Origin: Schmidtea nova
Lineage: Eukaryota
DNA length: 64,000 nt
Assembly (NCBI GenBank): GCA_044892505.1
Contig: CM097882.1
Location: 434,806,001-434,870,000, forward strand
Reading direction: 5' to 3'
Shown: piece by piece, positions 12,835 through 27,386 of the stretch
Numbering within the stretch: position 1 is the stretch's first letter
Layout: every line of letters begins with the position of its first letter
Made by a program: the position numbers and the translations under genes
Notes under the pieces: model-generated
The model's database searches: none
The model's input: the letters and a program-made list of their open reading frames with translations, nothing else
Told to the model about the DNA's origin: nothing

Positions 12835-14520
12835 GCCTGATGATGATAGCTGAGCTGTCGAAAAAATAAATTTTAAAAAAATGAAAAAACTATCTACTTC
12901 ATGAAAACGAAAACTTTTTTATTCATAACATTAATTAGCAGTTACAATTTGTATTCTCGCAATTAACACAAAACGTCCAACAATTTGTCTGGATTTTGTG
13001 GTTCAGTCGGGATGAGGGTAATATCATTTGCATCGGCTGTACAATATTTTGACGTTTAAATCATATTTGCAACTACTTGTGCATTTTTTGTTTTGCTTTG
13101 CTTCTTTTTGAAAAGGCCATAAATGTCCCCAATTACTTAATTTTCCGGATTATTCAGGTAAAGAAAAATGTTGGAACTGTTCGTTCTCCGTTACTTTATC
13201 CGTTCAATCAAACCATCTTTCAGAGAATCTCTTAGAACAGTATTTTGAAAACTTAACTCGTCCAGCATGAATTTCAGTGCGACGTCGGCAGTGTAAAAAT
13301 TAGTATTACGAAAGCAAAGTTTTCCACAGTTTCTTGATTCGATAAAGTGCGTCTCGGAATTGTAATAGAAGTATAATTACGTCGTATGTATACTGTATAT
13401 CTAAATTTATATCAATCAGAAATTTGCGAACACAATATTTACGTCTAGAAACCGACCCAAAATGTCAAACAAACTATTCCATTTAGTTTTGGTATCCTTA
13501 ATTAATGACAGATTTATACCTAATTCTTCCAAGACATACTTTTGCAAAATTTTATCGTTATATAATTTCACCACTTTTCTGACTTTCAATACCAATGGCT
13601 GAAAGCAAATCAAATTTTATTTTATTCGTTTCAATGATGAGCTCAAATGATTGTCATCGTCCTCCAACGAATCACCATTTGAATCGTCATTATCCTTGAA
13701 ATCTGACAGTGCATCATCATCATCATCATCTTGTTCCTCAAGAATGACATCTGGAAATTCTGAAAAGGCTTTTTTGACTTTCTTATACGGCACGTCCACT
13801 ACCACTAGCTGAATACCATGCGCCATACATAATTGCTGACATCAATTATTACCAATTTGGTCTTCTGCTTTCAGAATCTTGCCAACTTTAACCATTACTG
13901 AAGCTCTGTCCGTCGTCGTTCAGACTCTTTGGTCCATTTGTAGACCAAAATGTGATAATTTATTTTCGAGCAGCTTGACACATCTTTTTTGACAGGTATC
14001 GAATTAAACACGGGATAAACCCGTATTCTAGCATTGTGAGCTCATATATCGGCGATTGCGAAGTGACGTCCATTTGTCGAATCAAATGAAAACTATATTT
14101 TCTTCGTTTACTTTGTCAGGCAATTTTTTAAAAAGTTTTTCTCACATTTTCTGCGTTCTTTATGACATAATCTTTAATTGTTTGGCCAGATTTCTGTAAA
14201 TAATGGCCCTTACCAGCAAATAAAGATCTCAAATCAGCTGAATTATCAAACGTTTTGATAGGTACACGGTTTAGTGTAACCATACACAATACAGCCTCTA
14301 AATAATCATCCACAGTTTTCGAGAAATAGGATGTGATTTTTTTCATCGGCACTATGGATGTTAGTACCATTTCCGGCAATTGCAGCCACCGAATTTCTAT
14401 TCAACAAAATGATGCTGTGTTGACTTTTGAAGTGACTGTGAAATCTTGCATTTTCCTACAACTCAGACGCCAGATTTCCATTTTTGTGGACTTTTGATTG
14501 TTGATTTACAAAAGTAAAAA
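12835..14520 (-). mobile_element. Degenerate hAT (Ac/hobo-type) transposon relic
   Basis: Frameshifted motifs FDKWTSLRNRRYM, TTDRASVMVKVG, QQLCMAHGIQL, DTKTKWNSL; TIR-like end tagagcctgatgatgatagctgagctg at 12835, with an inverted relative at ~10872-10900. Confidence 0.75.
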
Positions 14521-14602
14521 TTCAAAAATATGGAAGAAACAATTTTTAATCAAATGGAACAATTATATCCGAAATTGAAAAATGCTTTTTCATACTGCGC
14601 AC

Positions 14603-14885
14603 NNNNNNNNNNNNNNNNNNNNNNNNNNNNNNNNNNNNNNNNNNNNNNNNNNNNNNNNNNNNNNNNNNNNNNNNNNNNNNNNNNNNNNNNNNNNNNNNNN
14701 NNNNNNNNNNNNNNNNNNNNNNNNNNNNNNNNNNNNNNNNNNNNNNNNNNNNNNNNNNNNNNNNNNNNNNNNNNNNNNNNNNNNNNNNNNNNNNNNNNNN
14801 NNNNNNNNNNNNNNNNNNNNNNNNNNNNNNNNNNNNNNNNNNNNNNNNNNNNNNNNNNNNNNNNNNNNNNNNNNNNNNNNNNNNN
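14603..14885. other. Assembly gap (N run)
   Basis: Ns. Confidence 1.
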
Positions 14886-14899
14886 CCTTTGATCTTTTT

Positions 14900-15082
14900 T
14901 TATTATTATCAATAATTCTCATAATGACTATAGATCAAAATTTTTTTTTATAAACAATAACACAATATTTCGGCACAGCCTTTATCAAGTGTGTATTTCA
15001 CTTGATAAAGGCTGTGCCGAAATATTGTGTTATTGTTTATAAAAAAAAATTTTGATCTATAGTCATTATGAGAATTATTGAT

Positions 15083-15120
<38 letters not shown>

Positions 15121-15200
15121 ATCAATAATTCTCATAATGACTATAGATCAAATTTTTTTTTATAAACAATAACACAATATTTCGGCACAGCCTTTATCAA

Positions 15201-15210
<10 letters not shown>
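14900..15210. repeat. Foldback: ~95-bp perfect inverted repeat with 7-nt spacer, then (TA)n and a third copy
   Basis: ...cctttatcaagtg tgtattt cacttgataaagg...; the unit recurs at 15115-15208 and at 20530-20757. Confidence 0.85.

Positions 15211-15280
<70 letters not shown>
15206..15280. repeat. (TA)n microsatellite
   Basis: Long TA run. Confidence 0.95.
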
Positions 15281-16840
15281 GTGGGTGTGGGTGAAATTGT
15301 AGCACCCAGCCGAGTCGACTTTAAAATTGCTTTGGGACAGCTGTGGTACGTGTTGTGTTAGAATACTGTATGTATGTTTGAGTGCTTGTGTTTTTATTTA
15401 TTCACAAATAATAAGCCACTATCAAAAACTAACAATTAAATGTTTATTTAAAGAAAAGCAATACTAACCAGTACTCACTGATTGAATAAATTGAATTTTA
15501 ATTTTTAAAATTGTACAATCTAACAAACAAAATCTTTGTTAAAAAATTGCATATTTTTATAACAATTACTATATTCATAATTAGTCTATTTATTTTTTTT
15601 CTAATTTTTCAATTTTTATATTTTTGAAATTTCTTAAGTTTATTTTTTTATAGTTATAAATAATATTTTTCTATAGATTTTCCAATATATCCATTTGAAA
15701 TTTAATTCTTTATTGTTTAATTCTGTTTAATTTGAAATTGAATCTTTTGTCATTTAATTCCAAATGAAAGAAAAATAAAATAGGGAGAACCATCATCGCC
15801 GACAACAAACAACAAAATAAAAATTGAACCTTCATTGAACTTTATAATCTCATTACAAAAATTTATTTGTATTTGGTTTAAAATTTTAAAATAATTTAAC
15901 TTTAAATTAATTTAATTTTTAAATTTTACTCCATCTCAGATTTCTCAAAACTTTAGTACTTATTTATTAAATTTGTTTATTATGTCATTCATAGACATTA
16001 ATTATAGTTAGTTTTAAATTTCTAAATATTATGCCATTAAAACTCTCAGCTTGCTCTATTTTATCTTTTTCATTACTTTTTAATAACTATGTCATTTTTT
16101 GTCTTTGTAAAGTTCTCCATGCTTTATTGTCTGTTCAAACTATTTTAATTTAACCACATGTTTCTTACTTTTCTAAAATTTATTAATTTGAAATCTCAGT
16201 ACAAAAAATGACCTTTTTAATTGTAAGAGTAGAAATTTAACCAATTATATTTTACTTGTTTAAAAAATTTCCACGTGTTTACCAAATAATCTCTAATAAA
16301 AATTTAGTTCAAAAATATCAGTGTTTTTATACATGAAGAAATTGTGAGAGTTGAAAATCCTATACAAAAGATCGACAAATATTTCAAAAAAGCCTGGAAT
16401 TTTTTTTACATCAACTCCCTTTAAAATTCTATCTAAAAGATCGAGGCCAAAATCCTATTCAAAAAATCATAAAAAGTTTTTTTCCCGTCATATTACTTTT
16501 TTCTATGTTGGGAGGGGCTGATTAAAAAAGCCATTGACTACCTACTGTTATATATTTAAAATTTTATAATTAAATTTTATATTTGATATTTCTTAATATA
16601 TTTGGAACAGCAAAGTATGGCGAGTTTACGAGGTCACTTTAGGAATACATTTAAGTCAAAAATAATTTTCAAAATTTTCTATGTCATAATTAAATAACTC
16701 AAATATAAAAAACTTGAAAATTTTTCTAAGTCAGAATAAACTATTAAGTGACACAATACTTTGTGACTCACATGACATTGTAAGTGAAATTTTAATAAAG
16801 GCAATACAATCAAGCTGCAAGATAAACAAAGGTAAGTAAA

Positions 16841-16994
16841 NNNNNNNNNNNNNNNNNNNNNNNNNNNNNNNNNNNNNNNNNNNNNNNNNNNNNNNNNNNN
16901 NNNNNNNNNNNNNNNNNNNNNNNNNNNNNNNNNNNNNNNNNNNNNNNNNNNNNNNNNNNNNNNNNNNNNNNNNNNNNNNNNNNNNNNNNNNNNN
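16841..16994. other. Assembly gap (N run)
   Basis: Ns. Confidence 1.
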
Positions 16995-17904
16995 AAAATT
17001 AACACTGGTTATAAATCGAAACTCTAATAAAAATTTGGACATGAAAAAATAAAATAAAATATCAAAATTTATTAAATAACACTTTAAATAACTACTGAAT
17101 AATTATATTAATGAACAAGTGTTTTTGATTCTCGTATTCGATTGATTGGAACGCATCATGGAAACGAGTTTGTCTGTTGTTGATGTAAATTGTTTCTTTG
17201 CAACTTAAATTTTTATTGATTTTCAACTTTAACTTAATTTAAACTTTATTTATTTATAACTTTATTTAGTGCAGCAACATCTTCTTTAGATATATTTGGA
17301 GCTAAATTATCATACAATGATTGTTAATTTGACCGGATACGATAATCTAAAAAGTTCTTCTACCAAGAAATAAATTTTAAAGTCATTATACATTTGGACT
17401 AGTTTGACTTCTGTCTTGATTTTTCTTTTAATTTATTCTTTTTTTGTTTTCTTCCCTATTTATTGGGTTGCTAACAATTTTATCGTAAGTAGGAAAAGTT
17501 GCTTTGTGTGATTGCATTTTATTAATTATGACATTATCTAAAAAATGGCTTTGTATTTATAGTCACGAGTTTATGTCCAATGAAAATTACGCATTCAAAA
17601 TGCGTATGTTATGCATGTGTGTATGTCTTTGTTACATGTGTAACATTGTCACATGTTATAACAAATTATGCTTGTGTGCGTCTTTTATGTAGTTAAAAGT
17701 TTTTTTTTTAATGTCCTTATTTAAAATATTTATGTATTTAGTTAATGTTTAGATGTCTTTATTAATTTGTCAAATTATTTAAAAATTATTTTAATAAAGA
17801 AAACCTTTTTATTAATAAAAAAATATTACTATTTAAAAAAAACTAAAAATCAGAACTTTAATAAAAACTTATAAACAAACTAAAATACAAATGATAACAC
17901 ATAA

Positions 17905-18700
17905 AAACCACTCAGTTACCTTTTCCTCTTTAAAGTCTTTTTCCATTTGTATAGCAGCGAACTTAGTAGTTTCTGCTTGTATCTTTTCAATAAATAACTA
18001 TTTTTCATTTCGTCCTCTCGTTTGATATTAATAATTCTGACTTCCAGGGTTTCTAATAATCCAACGAATGCTTCTATTTCAGCATTTCATTTTCACGAAC
18101 GGGTCGGAATCTGTCTATGTCTTCAAGATCAGTTAAATAAATTCTTTCTTCACCGCCAAATTTTCTATCGAGCTTTTCCTTTGCCATTTGGTAACTGGAG
18201 GAAGAAAACTCTAAATTTTTGATCAACTTTAACGGCTCACCTTTCAGATATCATCATCATGTTTCATCATCATCACCATGTGCACTATCAACACAAGCAT
18301 GGAAGGCAGCTTTCCAAATTTTGTATTCTTTCTGTTTTCCATCAAATATCTGGATTTGTATCCTCTGCATTTTATCTAATTTTTTCTTTGTTACATTCCA
18401 ACCAACCTCTTTAATTGTGTTGTTGTCATCCCACCTAACTGACTGATTGGCCTTTGACGAAATTAGCTCTTCCACTTTCTCATTTTTTCTTCAATCTCTT
18501 TTAAGTCCGCTTCTAGCACAATTGTTATATTTGGGCTTCCTAATCCTTTGCTTATGTCCAACAGTTTATCAAAACTCTCTATGGCACTTTCAATTGCTTC
18601 TTGAAATTCATTAGGCATATGTGACGCATCTTCTGCCAGCATCTCGTTTATCCATTTGTTTCTCAATCTCGTCAATATATATTTAACACTCCTTTTCTTT
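17905..18700 (-). pseudogene. gag: BEL/Pao Gag (DUF1759-like) relic
   Basis: IQIFDGKQKEYKIWKAAFHACVD...LKGEPLKLIKNL...YQMAKEKLDRKFGG...IDRFRPVR across frameshifts. Confidence 0.8.
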
Positions 18701-18732
18701 CTTTATCCTTCATCTAATTCTTCCTCCTCATT

Positions 18733-18956
18733 CCCTCCACACAATCTCAATGATAAATGAATAGTGGACCCATCCTGTATAATGTAATCCGATAACTTTG
18801 GGCTTCCTTCTAAATGCTTGCCAACATAAATTAACCTTTGTTGCACAGGCTGAGATCCTTTTTGTCTTGGATTTTTTCTTTTACCTTCGCAACTTTGTCA
18901 TTTATTACCACTTCAAGAGTGATAGTTTTCCTTGTCAATGTCTTCACAAACATCTG
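18733..18956 (-). pseudogene. Ubiquitin-like domain (one frameshift), in frame with downstream BEL/Pao Gag
   Basis: [29 protein letters not shown] / [39 protein letters not shown]. Confidence 0.85.
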
Positions 18957-19392
18957 TCTTACCTCTCTTGATCGCCCAACCACATGCGGATACCTATCAC
19001 GAGTGCCTTCCCTACCCATATTCTCCAAGAATTTAAAAGAATGCTGGGGCCCATAGCAGCACCTTTTCCCAATATCTTGTGGCCAAGCCATTCCCCTCTT
19101 CACCTCCATTTTATCACACAAACTTAAAATCTTAACTTTCTTTCCACCTCTAGATTTCTCTTTATCCCTCGTCTTGCACATTACTCCCTTTTTTAAACCC
19201 CCCTAACATATTTCCTCTTTCATAACGCGTTTCGAATGGAAGGTTAGTCAATTCCGCACTCACAACCCCGTAAACAATCCACAAAAGTTCACACAAATTA
19301 AACTCAAAATAAAAAAATTGTCAAATAAAATGTAATAAAAAACTAACAGGCTAGACCCTGAGTTTCCAAGTTGTGCGTTGTCCCCCAATGGG

Positions 19393-19410
19393 AACCACGC
19401 TCTACTACCA
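19393..19410 (-). promoter_or_regulatory. Primer-binding site (tRNAi-Met type) directly after an LTR 3' end
   Basis: Minus strand ...ggatctggACA c TGGTAGTAGAGCGTGGTT, closely resembling the TGGTAGCAGAG...GGTT tRNAi-Met PBS. Confidence 0.7.
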
Positions 19411-19779
19411 GTGTCCAGATCCAGGTCAGTTCTGATTGAGCAGGATGTTGAGAAACGAAAGAATGCCGCATTTCAAAGAGAGAGCGATTTGTTGAAGGAC
19501 TCGAATTCCAGTGTGTCGTGCTTACCAGGATTTCTCAGGTGATGAAGTCAGTGTGACAAAATCATATAGATGTGCTTAAAAATGTTTGGCATAGACTTTG
19601 AAACGATCTGCAGGTAGATTACCGCCAGAGAAACGTGAAATAATTATTACGATTAATGGATTCCATGATTCTCTGTGCTTTTCCGGTTTCAAGTACCTAA
19701 AGGAACATTAAGACAATGCAAATATTCCAACTCCAACACAATTTGTCCGGAATAGAACCGAGAGATGCTATCTAGAACA

Positions 19780-19990
19780 CACAAATGATTCCTCAACTGT
19801 GATGCGAAAAGCGGATTGAAAATCCAACGACATTCATATATTGATATCACCTTTTCGATCTTATAATAATCTATTACTAGATTCTTGATTTGTGAAGTTG
19901 TCCCAACAAAATTTGTTTCATTGTCAGATAAAATAAGCTTCGGAATTTCTCTGCGTGCTGTAAATCTTAAGAACGCATCAGTTTCCAGTC
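19780..19990 (-). pseudogene. BEL/Pao integrase fragment
   Basis: LETDAFLRFTARREIPKLILSDNETNFVG and RWIFNP match BEL/Pao integrase (RRFIARRG.P..I.SDNGTNFVG; W.FNP). Confidence 0.7.
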
Positions 19991-20544
19991 CCTAATTTAT
20001 CTTGAATATTTTCCAAACTCTTTTTAAAAATCGAATAGCTTTGTCTATTTGAACAATTAAAAATGAAAATACTCAAGGCAATAGACATGCCAGTAGTGGA
20101 TCTGTTAGATAGAGGAAAAATAGTCGACAAATTCGAAATTAATGGTGACTTACAGAATATGAAGAAAAATATATAGAATAAATGTACATGTGGACGGCAA
20201 TCAGGATCAAACAATGATTCGAATGCCAATTAATTTTTGACAATATAATTATGACAATTTATCAATTTGTGATCTTGCGAACATTTATTGACATTTTTTA
20301 TGGTGATGGGCACAATTAATGATAAAATTTTATGTAATTTTGAAAGAATATTTTGTTGTGAAAATATTTTATGTAAATTAATTTTTTTTAACTATTTGGA
20401 AAATGGTTTATATTGTGATTTATATTTTGATTTATATTTTGATTAATATTTATATTCGATAAAATAAATTATAACAATAATAATAAAAATAAATATATAA
20501 TACTGATTATCATAATTATCTTTTTTCACCTTTGATCTTTTTTT

Positions 20545-20757
20545 TTATTATTATCAATAATTCTCATAATGACTATATTTTTTCATCCAATAAAATCATT
20601 ATAAAATATTAAAAAAATAATTAAGGCTACTATTTAGGATTAAGTAAATATAACGATAGAAATACACACTTGATAAAGGCTGTGCCGAAATATTGTGTTA
20701 TTGTTTATAAAAAAAATTTTGATCTATAGTCATTATGAGAATTATTGATAATAATAT
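20545..20757. mobile_element. MITE-like foldback of the same family as 14900-15210
   Basis: Arms tattattatcaataattctcataatgactata / tatagtcattatgagaattattgataataata. Confidence 0.65.
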
Positions 20758-22429
20758 AATACTGATTGTTTAAATAAATTAAAATTAATTAATTAATGTT
20801 TGTTTAAATAAATTATATATATATGACCTACAAAGGTCAGCAAAATGAAATATTTCCAAGGTTAAAAAAATTCGGTTTTGAAAATAGTTCTATTTTGAAA
20901 ACAATTTTAATCAATTCAAGTAGAAAAATAACAATCATTATTGACAGATTTAGTGCCTCAAAAATTATTAAATGAACTGACTAATTTTTCAGTCAAACCA
21001 CCCATTAAAACTTATAATCAATTAGTTGTAATCGAGTTTGAAACTTAAACTCGAGCACAACGTATGTTGAGCTCAGAGACGCATTTGAGCACACACGCAC
21101 ACATACATAATAAAGAAATTGAAATTGAAATTTTAACATTTTATCAGGTCATTGTAATTGTTATTGTAGAAAAAGAATCAATTTAATATAAATCGGATAA
21201 AAATAACATATATTTGACATTGATGATAAAATAGTTGTTGAATGAGTTCCTTGGTTTTCGTCATCACTAGTCTTTGACAGTCTAACCCATTGATTTTGAT
21301 TGATTGTGCTGGGATTCAGCATTGTCTGAACATTACATGTATAGTGTTTGGGATTCGATAGTTTTTGGTTGAATTGCTAATTGGATTCACTATGCATAAA
21401 CGATTGCTGGGTCTTATTGTCATCCATAGGGCTGACATCGGAAAACTCATATTGCAGCTACTAACAATCGAAGTCACATTGCAAATGTTTAGCAACGAGA
21501 AATATTGGGAATTGTTTTGAAATTGTTGAAGTAAATTATAGCATTTGCCCTTCCATGTGGAGGACATAATTGAGATGAGGATGAGATAATTTCCGTATTC
21601 AATGATTGATGATTGCTACTAACACAATTCGATAGTTTATAAGTATTAGTATTGAATTCAGATAGCTTCTTTTCACTCGATGTTTCCGTAGATCTCTGAT
21701 TCGTTGCCTCATTTGAATTTAAAAACATTTCATTGTATTTCATTTCTGATTTTGATTCTATAATTGTAAATTCTTTTGGGAGCATGTTCCTCATGTTGGT
21801 TTTTTTGAAAGTGAAAAAGTGCATTTTTTGCTTATTTAAAACAAAAAGAACAAAGGTTCAATTAATATAATATTACATTAATAATTTAATTATTAAATTA
21901 ATGTCTGAGGCACTACAGTTATATATTGAATAAAATCATTGAACCAGTGTTATCAAATTTATTTATATAAAATTCCAAGTTGAGATTCTAGATTTAGCAC
22001 TAGATTTGACAATTAAATTATCATTATTTTACCTTATTATGTACTTTATTTATTATATTATCGTATAACTGTATACCAATTTTAATCTTTCTTATTTTTA
22101 CTCAATAGTGAATTTATTAATAACTGATTTACTTCGAAGAGTTCGAAAAGATGCGATTTTCCTTATATTAAATTAACCGTTCGTGTAAGTGGTTGAAAGG
22201 TTTGGTTAATTAATTATTAAAAAAACTTGAAATTTAAAATTATACCACATTTTCTTTTCAAGTAAATTTTGAGTAAGGTGAACTCAAATTGAATAACTAA
22301 AATGGAGATTAAATTGAGAAGTACTCGTAATAGTTTTTCTTTGATCATAATGATTCTCGGGTAAAGATATAGCAATTTACAATGAATTTCGAGGATAATG
22401 TGGGACAACTAAAATGGGCATTATACCTT

Positions 22430-22545
22430 CTATCGGTCACCCTTGAACCCAACCACGATATCAAATCAAATATAGTTCTGAATTACTCGGAGCTCACCTT
22501 TTGCGAATATCTATATCTTTTGTTACAGTAACAAAGGGAAAAAGG
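22430..22545 (+). repeat. Unclassified dispersed repeat (copies at 22430 +, ~25130-25250 -, ~31460-31590 +)
   Basis: Shared ggt(c/a/t)acccttgaaccc...gcgaat...cattttt...caac/gttac. Confidence 0.6.
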
Positions 22546-25500
22546 TATCAATATAGTTTGTCAATATTTGTACGCATTTACTAAGGTTTAAGTCAAGGTC
22601 AGTCGATACATAGTTACCCACAAATAATAAAGACAAAACTGGCACATTCACATCATCCAACGATCAGAGTGCGATGAAATTCAGCCACAGACAGATATAA
22701 ACCTAGGTTCTAGGAAATTCAATTGCCAGAGAAAATTTCACTGAAAAAATGACCAAAATCGCCAATGACAGACAAGGAGGGAGGAAAAAGTCGTTTTGTA
22801 CAAGAAATTAAAGTCACCAGCCAAAACAATTAGGTCATTGACACCTAACTCTTTACCAGGATAGTTGATCATTAACTAAATTTTGTGAATAAAAGTTTTT
22901 GCCATGCCAAGAATTAAATTTTGTTTTACTAATCTTTTATTATTATTGATTTATTATTTATTATTTTGTTTTGAATACAGTGACTAATATAAGTGATTGA
23001 GATATGATTACTAATTGAGGAAGTATAGTTTAAATGTTTTGTTTTTTAGAAAATAGAAAAGGTCAATGAAGAAATACGTAATTGAGTTAACCAAAGCTAT
23101 TCAACAAAGATCGAAGCCGAACTGCGAGTCATAAACTTAATAAAACGTTGCCATAAGTTCAAAAGTACTTAGTTTTATCCTGACAATATAAAGAACGCGC
23201 ATTTACGGCTAACTTAATTCCAGGAACAAGCTAAGCGAGATGAGTTGGAAATTCACACTTTAAAAGTGCGATTCAAAGATAAACATCAACAAAACAAATC
23301 TACAACCCGTTTATACATTAAGGGCATTATGGCTTTTAGATTATGGGAATATTTAGCTGTTTCCTGCTGGATTTGGAATTATTGAGTCAATAACCAACCC
23401 TACACTGTTTTAAAAGAAGAAAATCCCATGTCGCAAGGAACGCAAGAGAAAACAATGTTAGAAATAGGCCACAATAATTGGGCGTTGATATGATAGAAAC
23501 AACACTTAAAATTGTTATGTATAAAGGAATAAATTATCTTGAGTAGCATTTAGTTTATTCATTTTATGTAAAAATAGTATTTTGGCTTACTAAATTAACT
23601 CACTGGAGATATTAATGATGTTTATTAAAAACAACATTGAATCTAAGAATTATCTTATGTCTTAAATGTTTATTTATGAATAACATGGGTGATAAGTGAA
23701 AGTTCCAGTGAAGGGACTTAGAAATATAAGAGTGATGGTGGTACATGAAATTAATAATTTTCCTGGGTATTAGGAGTCGCGAAGACGCAACTCACCTTTT
23801 TCCAGGCATGTTCAACCACTTTATTATATCGATCACAATATTAAAGTTGCCAAAGAACGGTGACAAGATGAGGAGTGTAATTTTATGTTGCTTGTAAGTG
23901 GATCAAGTGACATTCAGGAGAATAATATAGTTTTGTCGAATCAGACACCAACAATAATTTTGGGATAAGATTTACAAGTGTCTTTGAAAATTGAATAAAT
24001 AAAATTATAAACTCAGTTTTTCTTTTCAATATTTTAACAAATGACTGAGTCCTTTTTAAAGTCACTATAAAAAGCTTTCCAATTTAAATGCTTATTTATA
24101 TTAAAAAATTATGACATTATAGGTTAATGATAAAAGTTTTAAACTACTAATATTTATTTTTCTTTATTATTTGAATTTGTTTTAGTTTTCGAATAATTTG
24201 TTTAACTTAAACTTTATTTAAATGAACTTATTAATATTTGATTAAATTTCAAAAAATAATAGACGTAAATTTTCAGAGTTTGTTGATGTCTCCTATCGCA
24301 AATCTTGTAATTTCACATAACTATTTTTGTGTTTTGTACGAATTTATTATCCAATTCTTCTCAGTATAACTAAGAAGGACTTACTAACTTCCCATCAAAC
24401 CGTTTGTTAGTAAGTAGATTTTTATTTGTTAACAATAAAGAATATAATAATAAAAGTTAACAATTTTAACTTTTTATTAAACTTATTAATAAATCATATT
24501 AAATCTTAAAATCTCATTAATGAATAATGATTATTGATTAGTTTGATTAATACAAGCAAGTTGGCAAAGGTAGAGAATACATGGTTTGAATAGGTCGTAC
24601 TTTAAAAAAATAATTATCTTTATTAAGAAAAATTTGGGATTAATGAAAAATGTACGTAACAAAGAATAAAATATAATAAAAATATCAATATTAATTAACA
24701 TATTCTGTTATGTAGAAACATTTCATAGTATTGTCTTCATTTACGTCAATATCTACTACTATATTTTAAGCTATAAATTTAAATTATTTTGATGATAGCA
24801 TATTGATAGGACATTCGCTACCGAGTGGAATAGCGAGGTCAGCATTGTATGGCCATTTGGGATTCAATGAGGATATGTAACTTTACAACTTTTGTGCCCT
24901 GACAGAGACTCGCTGAGACATTTTTTAGGTGTTATTATGAGTCAAAATAAGACACAACCCCAAAATCACGGGCAAAAAATAAAATATCCATAGTGAATTC
25001 GACGATGAAATGAGAGAACAAAATGCATTATTAATTATTAGATATTTGTAGGTTATTGACAATAAACGGAAACTAATTACTATGGTTTGAATCCTTTATA
25101 ATCTCCCATATAAACCTTGCTTAATCTTATTGCTACCCGTTTCCTAGTAATGTTGGAACTGTAAAAAATGGGTGGAAATTCGCAAAAAGTAAGCACTTTC
25201 TAGGGCTATAATTAATCGAATGTCTCGGTTGGGTTCAAGGGTAACCGATAACATTGTCCTATAATTTGTCATCAGACTTCTAATAGACGTCAACATTCTC
25301 CGGGCAAAACGCAAAAATATTAATGGCGTAAGATAAAAACAGTTTATTTATATTAATACTACATTTTTTATCTGCCATAGTAGTCGCTTATTACCGACGT
25401 TTACGCTTGACACAAACTACTTTGCTTAGCTTGAATTTCTTGGCTTTGGTTGGGATCAAATTAGACTCTTTCACCAGCTCCAAATGGTTTTCAGACAAAA

Positions 25501-27386
25501 GTTTGAGTTGTTTTGTGTTCGACAATGGTGAATCAAGCATTTCCCATTATTTTCAGTTCTCACCATTCAAGTCAGAAGCATCGCAGCAAACATTTACATA
25601 CTCACAACATTCGAATTTTGAAAAGCATTGCTATAAGTCTCCCGTATAGACATTGGTCTTTAATATCACCAACAGACGCCCCATCATGTGATACTTCGCT
25701 ATCCTGATTAATACTGGGGTTTCTTTTTTTATCTAGGCGATGTAGTCTGATCGAACGATATACGGAAACTGCTAGTTTATTTAGTTTATTTAAATGACGG
25801 ATTCAGACCGACAAGAAAATTTATTTCTAGGATCCTTAGAGTAGAGTAAGCGTGTGAAATTCATTCAGTTCATGTGTACTATATGCATCGCACATTGAAA
25901 TATAAATGAATATATACTTAATGCTTGAAAATATAATGTAACCGAGTCAAAAGTTTAAGAATGTAAATGGGTCATAAAATACAAATAATACAAAAATGAG
26001 AGAAATAAAATAAAATAAATTTAAAGTAACATTGTTGTGTGGTAGTCATGATAGTCTCTTAAGGTGACGATGATATTCAGATACTTGAGTTTCGATATAC
26101 CAATTTATGAGATATACATAGCGTATTCCGTTGATTAAAATATATAACAGTAAGTAATTCCAATAGTTTATTATTTATTAATTTTTTCTATTTTTATATA
26201 ATAAGATTTCATTTGTTTTGATGAATTTTAGTATGGGAAGTTTAATAAAATTTTTCTTCGAGATTAAGAAATTGCGTATTTTATCGAAATTAGATTATAT
26301 TTTTACTAGATTACTGCGTTCGATACATTTAGCTAGATATTGGGTACGAATCTCTAATTCAAAAAATCATTTGAAGATTTCATCAAGTCGCAAATACTGA
26401 TTAGTATATTTTTTCATTTAATAATTTCTTTCCATTTATTCAGTCCCTTTTTGTGCATATAAAATGGTTTTGTTAATCTACTTCCTGAATTAAATAGTTA
26501 AAAAAATTTAATGAAATTTCAATAACAATATAAAGTTGTTGATTTATCTTAGTGCGATTCAGTGGATATTTTCCAACGAAAGAAAAATATATCTGCCAGG
26601 AAATATCTGCCTTTAATTGATCAACAAGTTGGACGGAAATATATTTTTGCCGTTATACTAACGTTAATCCTCCACTTCGAAAGTTTCAAATGTAATTAAT
26701 TAAATCTCGAGGGGAATCAATTTTTAGAATAAATATTCACATGATAAATAATTCGTAGATTGTCAAATATAGTCCTGGAAAATCCGTACCAATTTACGAG
26801 AAAACTTTGAAGTAGGAGTAAAATTCGATCCAATTGACTTTGATATTTAGCTTTGGTTCTCATACGGAATGTGATCGAATATTTTTGGTAATAAACGGAT
26901 TTCGGAGTTTGTAATATAGATGCATTTCCGTTAAGTGCGTTCATAAGAAAATTAAATCGTCAGATTGATGATTTTTATATATTGATATGAAAATAGTAAA
27001 CAAAAAAATTGATCATTCAGGTTTTTATGAATGGAGTAATTGTCGAAAATTGACTACTTTTCTAATAAAACGATAGTTAAAAATTATCCCTTCATTTTTA
27101 CTGTAAGCTCGATTTTGGTTCAAAATGTGTAATGCATGCTATGCAATTTGATCAATTTAATTTACAATAATAAGTCGCTAAATTCATATAAAAATATGAA
27201 TTAAATTTGAAAATTTCTTGCTCTTGACCAAGTCACCATTGTCTATGCATCATCGCAATAGAATAAGGTGGGCGAGTGTATGAGCGCTGTCATTATTACG
27301 CTACTTTCCAGCGGTCTACACAGGCTACTTAGTCGATACGGGACTCACTTTTCGCAATACTAGTATCGACTTAGGAAGGTATAGAC

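Noticed and set aside
14530-17042. ORFs containing X runs
   Set aside because: Artefacts of N gaps
19393-19410. tRNA gene
   Set aside because: Only 18 nt complementary to a tRNA 3' end (a PBS); no cloverleaf. No tRNA or rRNA genes were recognised in the window
21200-25760. Ser/Asn-rich minus-strand frames (21316-21824, ~25385-25750) as host exons
   Set aside because: Some splice-like signals, but frames are broken and no domain is recognisable; cannot be supported without RNA data
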